Shown piece by piece: positions 6,591 through 15,266 of a DNA stretch of 34,214 bases. The position numbers and the translations under genes were made by a program. The number at the start of each line of letters is the position of its first letter. The stretch's first letter is position 1. The stretch is taken from NCBI GenBank assembly GCA_041648875.1, contig JBAZOE010000001.1:1-34214 (forward strand), read 5' to 3'. The notes below the pieces were generated by a model. It saw only the letters and a program-made list of their open reading frames with translations, did no database searches and was not told where the DNA came from. This DNA comes from Candidatus Omnitrophota bacterium (GTDB taxonomy: Bacteria > Omnitrophota > Gorgyraeia > Gygaellales > Profunditerraquicolaceae).

Positions 6591-9290
6591 CTATATTCCT
6601 AATTCACTTTTGATAAAGGCAAACTCCCGCTCGGGGATTGTTGCAACTACCGTGACTTTGCATCTCCTGCTTACCAGACCCCCGTACCGACAAGTTATCT
6701 CAGCTTCGCCTATGCCTCTGGCATAAACCAAGCCAAACTGATTGACAGAAGCTATGGAAGAATCTGAAGAAGACCATTCCAGTTCAGGAGAAATTTCTTT
6801 AACAAAATTATCGTAAACTGCTACGCTTTTTAAAGAAATCCTTGATTGTAGAGGTAAAATAACGTAACCGGGCAACAGGTCGATTTTCATCCGCCCTAGC
6901 TGCCTGCTACGGTCGGACATCTCTGAAAATTCATCTGATTCAAATTCTTTTTCAAACTGCTTTGATTCGGATAATTCTTTAAGCGCGCTTGCGTTCTTTA
7001 ATAATTCTTGCTCGGTCTTACTCCCCCTTAGTTTATTTAATCTACTTTCTAATAAAGCTGCTTGTTGCGGCAATCCGCTCTTTAAGACTTCAATCTCTTT
7101 GCGTAAATTACAACTCTCTTTTTCCAGTATAAACATCTTTCTCTCTTCAACTGCCTGTTGTACGAACTTTTTTATTCTTTCGCTGTCTCTGGCTTCGCCT
7201 TTTCTAGCCAATGCATCTATTTCTTCATTAATAACCTCAGACACATCTCCGGCTTGAGATATTGTTTGCGCATCCCCCAGCTTATCCACCAACTTTTTTA
7301 TCCGTTCTTTCTGTTCATCCCCTGAAGATAAGTTCTGCAAAAATTTAGCTGCCTTTTCCTTGTAATCCAAGGGGATATCCTTATTCAGAGCCCTTTTTTG
7401 CCTACCCATATTTGCCAATTCTGAACTTACGGTAAAAAACTCCTCTATTTTTTTAGTTTCTCCTACTAAATTATCCACGGTCTCTTTAGTAATGCTGCCT
7501 TGCTTGTAAAATACCTCTAATGCTTTCTGCATCTTCGCGGAAAGAACAGTTATCTTATCTTTTGTCCGTTCAGAGTCCATGGCTTTTAAGTCTTCTAACA
7601 GGTTTTCACCGGAATCCGCAAGGCCACTCTCCTGAATTTTATTCTTCAAGGCATCTGCCGCTTCTCTGGCTAAGCTTTCTATCTTTGCCTGCAATATATC
7701 TCTTGCTCCCCGGGGGATCTGAAAGTAACTTTCCTGACGCATGCGTTCTGTAAGCTTGGATATTTTTCTCAAAATCTCCCGGGGATCCCCGGATTCCTCA
7801 GCGGCATTAAGCGCTTCCTCAAGTTCAGGCGGCTTATCAATCGATTGCCCGGAATCTTCTAATTCCCTACGCAGTTGGCTGACTTCTTTTAAAGCGATCA
7901 TAACCTTCTTTAATTTAAGTAAATCCTCTGCCTTATCAATAAGTTTCTCGTCTTCTAAAAACGATCCCTGGCTCATCTTTTCAATCAACTTATCCACCTT
8001 GGCAGAATCAGGAACCGTATTTACATCACGGATTTGCTGGGCTAGTTTATTAAAACCTGATTTTCTGTCTTCATCCAAATTATTAATTTCTTTTTGAAAA
8101 GAATCGAGCTTTCTGGAATAAACCTGGTAAGCCTTCCACTCTCTAAGCTGTTTATCAAGCTGTTTTAACTTCTTCCTTGCTTCATCAGAAATCAAATCCT
8201 CATTAACTGCGCTACGCAACTGCTCGCTATTTTTGTTGATTTCCTCCAAAGAATTGCTATATTCTAGTTTATTGGCTGAACTTAATAGAGAAAACCTTTG
8301 CCGTAAACCAATATGGTTATCGTCAATAATCTTGCTTATAGAATCCTTTATCCGAGTTAAATTATTTAATATCTTTTCCCCCATATACGCTTTAATTGAA
8401 TCGCTTAATTCTTTCACTTTCACCGCCTCCTGGGCTAAAGCGGGATTACTAAATATCTCCGCAATATCTCCTCGGGCTTTATCAACTTCAAGCGCAAACG
8501 GTTTTTCTTTAACCAATAAATCCTGGATTGCCGCCAGCACCCGGTACATTTCATCGGTGGAATAAAGTCGGAATGTCAAGCTAGTCAATTCCTTCTGAAT
8601 CTGTTCGCCTGTCAAAGAAACGCCTTTTCCTTTTGCCTGCCCTTCTGTCGAATTTAAACCTTCCTCCTTTAGATACCCCAATATTTCAATTTTTCCCAGA
8701 GGCAAATTAATAAAGAATACCCATGCTGATAGTATCGATAAAACAAGTACGATAATGAAAAAAATATTTATCCCTTGATATTTTTCCCGTGCTTTTTCCG
8801 GATTATCAAAAAGAGCGTGCAGCCTTATCCTGGCCAGTGCCAATAAATTAAAAGTAAACAATGAGGTAAGGAACAGGGAAAAATTATTATATCCCCTGAT
8901 CAACGCGCATAAGCAGAGAAATAATAGAATACTAAAAATCTGCATGGAATTTAAGCAGCCCTGCAGGCATGAACCAAAACTATGGACCACTATTAAAAGC
9001 GACAGGCTTTTGATACAGATAACAATTACCTCTCTATAAAGAAAGGCGGATTTAAATACAAAATAAACTGTCGCTGTCAAAATCAATATGCTAGCCGCCA
9101 AGATCACAAATTTCTTAAAAAGATAAAGCTGGTTGCGGCTGATATAAGCAACACTAGAGCCTAAAATTATGCCACCAACGAAAAAAACACGTAGAGCTGT
9201 TGCTTCTTGGGGAAATAATAGCAATAGCGGCAGAAAAAGCAAAAACGTCAGAAAATACTCTAGATGAAAATAGGGATCTTTGTTTTCCAT
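6591..9290 (-). CDS. polytopic membrane protein with ~600-aa coiled-coil region and C-terminal Big_2-like Ig domain
   Basis: 899 aa. About six TM helices in the first ~200 aa, then a very long K/E/L/Q-rich heptad-like sequence. The C-terminus carries EWSSSDSSIASVNQFGLVYARGIGEAEITCRYGG (Ig-like). No transglutaminase core motif seen. Confidence 0.5.
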   Translation of the reverse strand: MENKDPYFHLEYFLTFLLFLPLLLLFPQEATALRVFFVGGIILGSSVAYISRNQLYLFKKFVILAASILILTATVYFVFKSAFLYREVIVICIKSLSLLIVVHSFGSCLQGCLNSMQIFSILLFLCLCALIRGYNNFSLFLTSLFTFNLLALARIRLHALFDNPEKAREKYQGINIFFIIVLVLSILSAWVFFINLPLGKIEILGYLKEEGLNSTEGQAKGKGVSLTGEQIQKELTSLTFRLYSTDEMYRVLAAIQDLLVKEKPFALEVDKARGDIAEIFSNPALAQEAVKVKELSDSIKAYMGEKILNNLTRIKDSISKIIDDNHIGLRQRFSLLSSANKLEYSNSLEEINKNSEQLRSAVNEDLISDEARKKLKQLDKQLREWKAYQVYSRKLDSFQKEINNLDEDRKSGFNKLAQQIRDVNTVPDSAKVDKLIEKMSQGSFLEDEKLIDKAEDLLKLKKVMIALKEVSQLRRELEDSGQSIDKPPELEEALNAAEESGDPREILRKISKLTERMRQESYFQIPRGARDILQAKIESLAREAADALKNKIQESGLADSGENLLEDLKAMDSERTKDKITVLSAKMQKALEVFYKQGSITKETVDNLVGETKKIEEFFTVSSELANMGRQKRALNKDIPLDYKEKAAKFLQNLSSGDEQKERIKKLVDKLGDAQTISQAGDVSEVINEEIDALARKGEARDSERIKKFVQQAVEERKMFILEKESCNLRKEIEVLKSGLPQQAALLESRLNKLRGSKTEQELLKNASALKELSESKQFEKEFESDEFSEMSDRSRQLGRMKIDLLPGYVILPLQSRISLKSVAVYDNFVKEISPELEWSSSDSSIASVNQFGLVYARGIGEAEITCRYGGLVSRRCKVTVVATIPEREFAFIKSELGI

Positions 9291-9298
9291 AACCTAGA

Positions 9299-10525
9299 CT
9301 AAAATTTCTCCTCTAAATTATCTTTACAGGCGATATAAATAGGATTAAGGTTTATATTCTCAGATATGCCAATAGCATAATCTTTAACCTCTTTATGCCC
9401 GGAATGAGTTTTAATAAATGTCGAAGATTTAAGAATTATGGGCACCAGAGATACGTTTCTGACCCCTAAAGAAAGCATCGCGGGTAAAAATGACTTATTT
9501 TTATCCGTCATTACAACAATCAAGCTTGAATCTTCTAAAATATTGCGCTGAAAGTTAGCAAAGAGCTCAAATAATGTCACCCTGCTCTCTGCTTGCGCGA
9601 CAGTCAAAAACTTAAGGATTTCCTCAAGATGGCCCTCCCCTTTATTAAAAGGAATATGCACCACCTCTCCTGCATGAGAAATAATCTCAATGGATACGCC
9701 TAAATTAATAAGGTATTTGGCAACTGAAGCTACAATTCTTATGGTGTATTCCGCGACGGATTCTTTGCCTTCCCCAAGATTATCTTCTTTTTCCAGATTA
9801 AACATTATGGTTGCTCTAAAGAAATCTTGGCGTTGGAATTCTTTTACAATCAGCTGATTTTTACGTGCAGAAACCATCCAATGTATTTTCTTTAACGGAT
9901 CCCCTCTTTTATATTCCCGCACCCCAAAAAATTCGTCATCATCGCCGCTCACGCGCGATGTTTCGACACCAAGCCATGGAGAGATGCCTTTGTTTAAAGC
10001 TGGAAACTTGCGGATATGAAAAATCCGGGGATAAACATATGCTTCCGAATACAGCGGATACGTTTTTTTAAAATAAAACAAACCCAAGGGATCAAAAAAA
10101 TAAACAACCAATGGGCCTATTTCATATCTGCCTCTCCGGGGGCAAAAACAACGGTAGGTAAACTTAACAGCTGACTTAGGCATTAAAAAGCTCAGCATAA
10201 TAAACTTCTGCTTTTCTTGCGCATACGCGCAACTTAAATGATCTTTCAATATGGCATCGGAAACAGGAAGAAAACCTCTATTCTCTATTTCCAGAATAAC
10301 CTCCAAAGCATCATCCTCTTCTATTTTCAGTGTTATTTTACGTTCCAGATGCAACCTCTGGAAAAAATAGATTAAAACCAGCCATAGAGAACTTATTGTC
10401 AAAATAGACAGGAGGATCCAGAAGAAAAAATAGAAGATAATAAAGGGGGTCTTCAGGCTCATAAAAAGGCTGAAACCCAGAAGAACCAAGAATAGAATCC
10501 ACTTTCCCAGGAATTTCTTATACAT
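9299..10525 (-). CDS. DUF58 domain-containing protein (MoxR-associated, vWA-like)
   Basis: 408 aa with two N-terminal TM helices and the DUF58 hallmark GDDDEFFGVREYKRGDPLKKIHW. Lies 8 nt downstream of the MoxR gene. Confidence 0.85.
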   Translation of the reverse strand: MYKKFLGKWILFLVLLGFSLFMSLKTPFIIFYFFFWILLSILTISSLWLVLIYFFQRLHLERKITLKIEEDDALEVILEIENRGFLPVSDAILKDHLSCAYAQEKQKFIMLSFLMPKSAVKFTYRCFCPRRGRYEIGPLVVYFFDPLGLFYFKKTYPLYSEAYVYPRIFHIRKFPALNKGISPWLGVETSRVSGDDDEFFGVREYKRGDPLKKIHWMVSARKNQLIVKEFQRQDFFRATIMFNLEKEDNLGEGKESVAEYTIRIVASVAKYLINLGVSIEIISHAGEVVHIPFNKGEGHLEEILKFLTVAQAESRVTLFELFANFQRNILEDSSLIVVMTDKNKSFLPAMLSLGVRNVSLVPIILKSSTFIKTHSGHKEVKDYAIGISENINLNPIYIACKDNLEEKF

Positions 10526-10532
10526 GCTTAAT

Positions 10533-11459
10533 TCAAGAAATTGGGATTTTTTTTAATATATTGTCGATGACCAGATCGGGGGTCATTCCGGAAATCGTTG
10601 CCTTCGGATGTAATATTATCCTGTGTTTCAAAACATGGGGCAAAAGCTTAATAATATCATCGGGTATAACATAATCCCTGCCCTCAATGAATGCCCAGGC
10701 ACAGCTAGCTTTCATGATGGCGATTGATGCGCGCGGACTGGCGCCATGTTTTATTACATCGGAGTTACGGGTTGAGGATACCAATTTAACGATATACTCC
10801 AACACCTCGGGAGAAACTTGAACTCTTTTTACCTTTTCCTGCAGCTTCAAAACATCCTCAAGAGCCATAACCGGCATAACGCTTTCCACAGGATGCTTAA
10901 TCTTTTGTTCAGAGATAACCCTTATCTCTTCAGCCAACGATGGATACCCTATGTTGATCTTCATCAGGAACCGGTCTATCTGCGCTTCAGGCAAAACATA
11001 CGTCCCTTGGTATTCAATGGGGTTTTGCGTAGCAATAGTCATAAAAGGAGCCGGCAATGGATATGTCAAGCCCTCAACGGTAACCTTATATTCCTGCATG
11101 CATTCCAGGAGCGCAGATTGCGTGCGCGGGGTAGTCCTGTTAATTTCATCCACCAGCAGGATATGCGCGAACACCGGCCCCTTTTTAAAATCGAATTCTC
11201 CGGTCTTAGGGCTATAAACAAACCCACCGGTAATATCCGTAGGCAACAGATCCGGAGTAGCCTGAATCCTTTTAAAATCTCCGTTTATAGATTTGGCTAA
11301 CGTCAAAGCCAGCATTGTCTTTCCCACGCCGGGGATATCTTCAATCAAAATGTGGCCGTTAGTCAATAACCCTATAACCAGCATTTTTACTGTTTCAGTT
11401 TTACCCACAATAACTTTCTCAATGTTGGCAACTAATTTATAGATATCCTCATTAGCCAT
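10533..11459 (-). CDS. MoxR-family AAA+ ATPase
   Basis: 308 aa. Walker A is DIPGVGKT and Walker B is LLVDEINR, with MoxR/AAA_3-like length and layout. AGGAGGA lies upstream of the ATG. Confidence 0.9.
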   Translation of the reverse strand: MANEDIYKLVANIEKVIVGKTETVKMLVIGLLTNGHILIEDIPGVGKTMLALTLAKSINGDFKRIQATPDLLPTDITGGFVYSPKTGEFDFKKGPVFAHILLVDEINRTTPRTQSALLECMQEYKVTVEGLTYPLPAPFMTIATQNPIEYQGTYVLPEAQIDRFLMKINIGYPSLAEEIRVISEQKIKHPVESVMPVMALEDVLKLQEKVKRVQVSPEVLEYIVKLVSSTRNSDVIKHGASPRASIAIMKASCAWAFIEGRDYVIPDDIIKLLPHVLKHRIILHPKATISGMTPDLVIDNILKKIPIS

Positions 11460-11530
11460 TATCGTCCTCCTGATTTAACCGCTTTATGCGGACAAACAAA
11501 TGGAGCCCCTAAGATTAAGGTATCATTTGT

Positions 11531-11559
11531 ATTATATAACAGTTTTTACGCAACTCCAA
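11531..11559 (-). promoter_or_regulatory. sigma70-type promoter candidate for the MoxR operon
   Basis: On the minus strand: TTGGAG (11559-11554), exact 17-nt spacer, consensus TATAAT (11536-11531), about 72 nt upstream of the MoxR ATG. It sits in the only sizeable gap (158 nt) of this region. Confidence 0.5.
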
Positions 11560-11617
11560 ACCAAAATAGCATATCAATAATATAAAGTTTATTATAATAA
11601 TCTTAGAAAGGGAATAA

Positions 11618-13345
11618 TTAGCGGATAGCAAAATTAAGCAGGGTCCCGGTAACCAAGGCAACCAAGCACATAATCAAAGCGGCCTTGAGCAAATCCTTTA
11701 AACCCAGCTCTTTGAAAAATACGAAAAAAGTGGCAGCGCAAGGAAAAGATACGGCCAAAAGCACGGCAGCTATAAATAGTTGTTTGACGCTTAAAGCCAG
11801 AGGCATAAGCATGCCCACTGCCACATCCTTCCTGAATAAACCCATAACTAAAGCAACCACCGATTCTTTGGGTAAACCAAAAATCCCGTTTACTACCGGG
11901 GCGAATAAGCCCGTGAACAAATCAAACAATTTAAAATATAAAAGCACGTTGATTACTAAAACCCCTAATAAAACCAGCGGTGCGGCTTCAATTATAAACC
12001 CCTTAATACGCAGGAATAACTTTTTACCCAAAGTCGACAATGCGGGAAGCCGGTACGGAGGGATCTCGACCAAAAGCTCCGGGCTGTATCCTTTAACCGT
12101 ATGGTTAAGGATTACCCCTAAAACCACCCAGACAACCAACAGGACCAAATATACCCCGGAAACATAAAAACCGGAAAACTTACCCAGCAAACCAAAGATC
12201 ATCGCCTGCAAGGCTACACAGGGCACGCCAATAGAAATCAGTGTTGCGGCAATAAACCGTTCTCGCCTGGATTCTAAATTACGCGTAGCTAGGATACCTG
12301 GAACATTACAACCCAAACCCAAAAGCACCGGGATAATCGCAAAACCATGCAAACCGATATGATGCAAAAGATTATCTAAAAGCATTGCCAGACGCGGGAG
12401 GATACCGATATCTTCCAGCAGGCCTAAAACAAAATAAAAAGCAATGATGTAAGGCAGAACCATGGCAAATTCGATATAGGGAGCGGTAGTCAATAAACCC
12501 AGAGACTGCTTAAAATCAATTCTACTATTAATCAAATCCCCGATTAATAAATGATGGAGAAAGCTCTCCTCCCCCAGAATCGAACTTAATTTAACTAAGA
12601 GCGGCTGATAAAAATTAAGAAATATGGGATCGGCTATCCTGCTGATTAAACCTTCGCCGATAAAACGCACAATTTGAAAAGAAGCCAGCATCAGGCCAAT
12701 GGCAATGAGCGCCCCGCTAAACGGCCTCACCGAAGCATCCTCTAAAACCTCCCGTAAACTGTGGTGCCGATGCGTTAAGCGCTGCGCCTGCTCTATGATT
12801 AAGCCGATCGCCTGCCAACGGTCCCTGTGGCTTGGTTTCTCCCTGGGCTTGCTTTTTACATCCTTTATTTTCTCAACCAGGGTCTTTATTCCTGAACCGG
12901 TTATGGCGCAAGTCGGCACAACCGCAACCCCGAGAAGTTTCTCCAATTTGTCTATTTCAATACTTACGCCATGATGCTTTGCTTCGTCGCACATATTCAG
13001 GCAAACGATTACCGGAAGGCCTGCCTCAAGAAGCTGCAAAGTAAGGTAAAGATTGCGCTCCAGGTTAGTAGAATCGACTATGTTGATTACCGCTATTTCT
13101 TCCTTGGCAGGCTCGTTTAACAATGACACCACAACCTCTTCTGCTTTAGAGGACGGCTCAAGCGAATAGGTACCCGGGAGGTCTATGACTTCAATCTCCT
13201 GGTCCCCAAGCTTGAGGGCCCCGCGCATAATCTCAACAGTAGTGCCGGCGTAGTTAGAAGAGATAACCTGCACTCCCGTAAGGCGGGAAAAAACTACGCT
13301 CTTACCGACATTAGGATTACCTACCAAGAAAACCTTCTTAATCAT
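11618..13345 (-). CDS. feoB: ferrous iron transporter FeoB (G-domain plus membrane permease)
   Basis: G1 motif GNPNVGKS, G-domain, then a polytopic C-terminal region. I prefer ATG at 13345 (MIKKVFLVG, overlapping the feoA stop) over the TTG at 13354 in the ORF track. Confidence 0.9.
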   Translation of the reverse strand: MIKKVFLVGNPNVGKSVVFSRLTGVQVISSNYAGTTVEIMRGALKLGDQEIEVIDLPGTYSLEPSSKAEEVVVSLLNEPAKEEIAVINIVDSTNLERNLYLTLQLLEAGLPVIVCLNMCDEAKHHGVSIEIDKLEKLLGVAVVPTCAITGSGIKTLVEKIKDVKSKPREKPSHRDRWQAIGLIIEQAQRLTHRHHSLREVLEDASVRPFSGALIAIGLMLASFQIVRFIGEGLISRIADPIFLNFYQPLLVKLSSILGEESFLHHLLIGDLINSRIDFKQSLGLLTTAPYIEFAMVLPYIIAFYFVLGLLEDIGILPRLAMLLDNLLHHIGLHGFAIIPVLLGLGCNVPGILATRNLESRRERFIAATLISIGVPCVALQAMIFGLLGKFSGFYVSGVYLVLLVVWVVLGVILNHTVKGYSPELLVEIPPYRLPALSTLGKKLFLRIKGFIIEAAPLVLLGVLVINVLLYFKLFDLFTGLFAPVVNGIFGLPKESVVALVMGLFRKDVAVGMLMPLALSVKQLFIAAVLLAVSFPCAATFFVFFKELGLKDLLKAALIMCLVALVTGTLLNFAIR

Positions 13346-13574
13346 GGATTTCAATCACTATTTTATTAGCTACACCATGGCCCAATACTAGAACGCTTCT
13401 GCCTACTTTAATCGCTACCGGCCCCCTTAGGCCAATATGGCTAATTTTTGTAATTTCCCTGCCCTTATAAATGCCCATACTCATAAACTTATTCTGTAAA
13501 CCAAGCCCGCCGGATATCTCCAGGATAATTCCTTTTTGATTTCCTTTCATTTGATTTAAGCTTATTTTCTTCAT
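13338..13574 (-). CDS. feoA: FeoA family iron transport protein
   Basis: 78-aa SH3-like small protein immediately upstream of and overlapping feoB. Sequence pattern (GIILEISGG...MGIYKGREITK...GPVAIKVGRSVLVLG) is typical of FeoA. Confidence 0.85.
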   Translation of the reverse strand: MKKISLNQMKGNQKGIILEISGGLGLQNKFMSMGIYKGREITKISHIGLRGPVAIKVGRSVLVLGHGVANKIVIEIHD

Positions 13575-13588
13575 TTTAAAGAAAACCC

Positions 13589-14197
13589 CTATTTAATATA
13601 CCTGGATATTGCCTTATGAACCCGGCTGGCTATAATCTTATACCCTCGCGCGTTAGGATGGAAAAAATCGCTCTTCATCGCCGGGTTGGTAATAATCTTA
13701 TGCAAAACTACCGGGATAAATATCGCTTGCTTTTCATCGCAGAGTTTCTTAAAAGCCGTTCTATACTCCCTGAAAAACATACCCGCGCTTATATCCACCA
13801 AGGCCACCATTATTCCCTTAGCCTGGATACGGTCAATAATTTCGCTTAAATTATTTACCGTTGTCTCTTTTGGTATCTTTTTCAGGAAATCATTCCCGCA
13901 GAATTCCACAATAACTAGCCGGGGATTTTTGCTTAAAACATCCTGCCTCAGGCGTTCTAAGGCGGCAAAGCTAGTATCCCCGTCTACGCCCGCATTAATT
14001 ACCGGAATCTTAACCATGCTGCCTAAGACCGCAGGATAATCCTCTCCAGGATTTACCCCATACCCAAAAGTAATACTGTCTCCAAAACAAATGATGCCGC
14101 TGCCTTTTGCGTCAAGATTCTTGATTTCCTGCTTTAGGCACCCGGATAAAACAATACCCAGAACAATTACTAAAAATCCCAGATTAATCCTGTTCAT
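13589..14197 (-). CDS. SGNH/GDSL-family hydrolase (TesA/arylesterase-like), lipoprotein
   Basis: Lipobox VLSGC. SGNH blocks are FGDSITFGYG (Ser), GVDGDT (Gly), EFCGNDF (Asn), and a C-terminal DFFHPN (Asp/His). Confidence 0.8.
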   Translation of the reverse strand: MNRINLGFLVIVLGIVLSGCLKQEIKNLDAKGSGIICFGDSITFGYGVNPGEDYPAVLGSMVKIPVINAGVDGDTSFAALERLRQDVLSKNPRLVIVEFCGNDFLKKIPKETTVNNLSEIIDRIQAKGIMVALVDISAGMFFREYRTAFKKLCDEKQAIFIPVVLHKIITNPAMKSDFFHPNARGYKIIASRVHKAISRYIK

Positions 14198-15257
14198 ATT
14201 TTAACCTCAATTGCCCGCAGGCGGCATTTATATCCCGGCCGCGCTCTTTTCTTAATGTAACATTAAGTCCGGCTTTAAACAAATAGTCCTTAAACGAGAG
14301 CACCTCTGTTTCAGAGGGCGGAATAATTTTAGATTTGGGGGTTGGATTAACCGGGATCAGGTTAACCTTAGCTAACCTTAAATTCTTTAAAAGCGCGGCC
14401 AGTTTTTGCGCAGAAGACAAATCAGAATTCAGGTCCCTGGCTAAAATATACTCAAAGGTAATCTGGCGGTTTGTCTTCTCAATATACTCCTGGCAGCATT
14501 TAATTAAATCCCCTAAAGGATACTTCCGGTTAACCGGCATTATTCTTGAACGCAGCTTATCATCGGCAGTATGCAAAGATATGGAAAGCTCCACCTGCAG
14601 ATCTTCCTCCTGCAGCCTTTTTATGCCCGGGATAACCCCGCAGGTAGAGATGGTAATGCGCCTGGCGCCGATATTAAAAGCATCGGCAGAATTAATTATC
14701 CTGATAGCCTTTAAAAGGTTATCGTAATTATCCAGCGGTTCGCCTGTGCCCATAAATACAATATGGTTAAGCTGGGCATCCCTCAGGTTATTCTTTAAAT
14801 AAAGCACCTCATCCAAAATCTCGCCGCTGGTCAAATTGCGTTTAAATCCTTTAAATCCGCTTGCGCAAAACTCACAGCCAAATTTACATCCTGCCTGCGA
14901 GGAGATGCATCCGGTAACTGCGCAACGGCGCGCAACGGCCTCTCCGCTAAGGCCGGGTGCCCGCCTGGCCATAGGGATATTCACCGCCTCAATCAAGTTG
15001 CCGTCATTTAACTCAAACAGGAATTTAACTGTACCATCAACAGATTCTTTTAGATCCGCCAGGCTTAAGCCCAAAACATAGAATTCATCCGCCAGGATTT
15101 GCCTTAAGGCCGCCGGTAAATCGCTCATACTGTTAAATTCATATGAACCCTTCTGATAAATCCAGGCGAATATCTGTCTGGCATGATATTTAGGTTTCCC
15201 TAAGGAAAGCAATTTTTCTTCCAGTCCCCTTAAACTTAATTCTTTAATGTCTTGCAT
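14184..15257 (-). CDS. rlmN: 23S rRNA/tRNA (adenine-C2)-methyltransferase RlmN, radical SAM
   Basis: 357 aa. Radical SAM motif CKFGCEFCASG, GTGEPL motif, and a C-terminal conserved Cys (NAACGQL). N-terminal YHARQIFAWIY is typical of RlmN. Confidence 0.9.
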   Translation of the reverse strand: MQDIKELSLRGLEEKLLSLGKPKYHARQIFAWIYQKGSYEFNSMSDLPAALRQILADEFYVLGLSLADLKESVDGTVKFLFELNDGNLIEAVNIPMARRAPGLSGEAVARRCAVTGCISSQAGCKFGCEFCASGFKGFKRNLTSGEILDEVLYLKNNLRDAQLNHIVFMGTGEPLDNYDNLLKAIRIINSADAFNIGARRITISTCGVIPGIKRLQEEDLQVELSISLHTADDKLRSRIMPVNRKYPLGDLIKCCQEYIEKTNRQITFEYILARDLNSDLSSAQKLAALLKNLRLAKVNLIPVNPTPKSKIIPPSETEVLSFKDYLFKAGLNVTLRKERGRDINAACGQLRLKYEQD

Positions 15258-15266
15258 GATGGTATT

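Noticed and set aside
13346-13354. Longer N-terminal extensions offered by the ORF track (TTG 13354 for feoB, ATG 24863 for the SDR, GTG 29063 for the radical SAM gene)
   Set aside because: In each case an internal ATG a few codons downstream is preceded by a Shine-Dalgarno-like purine run (or overlaps the upstream stop). The extension would translate through that RBS. Confidence in the refined starts is moderate only.
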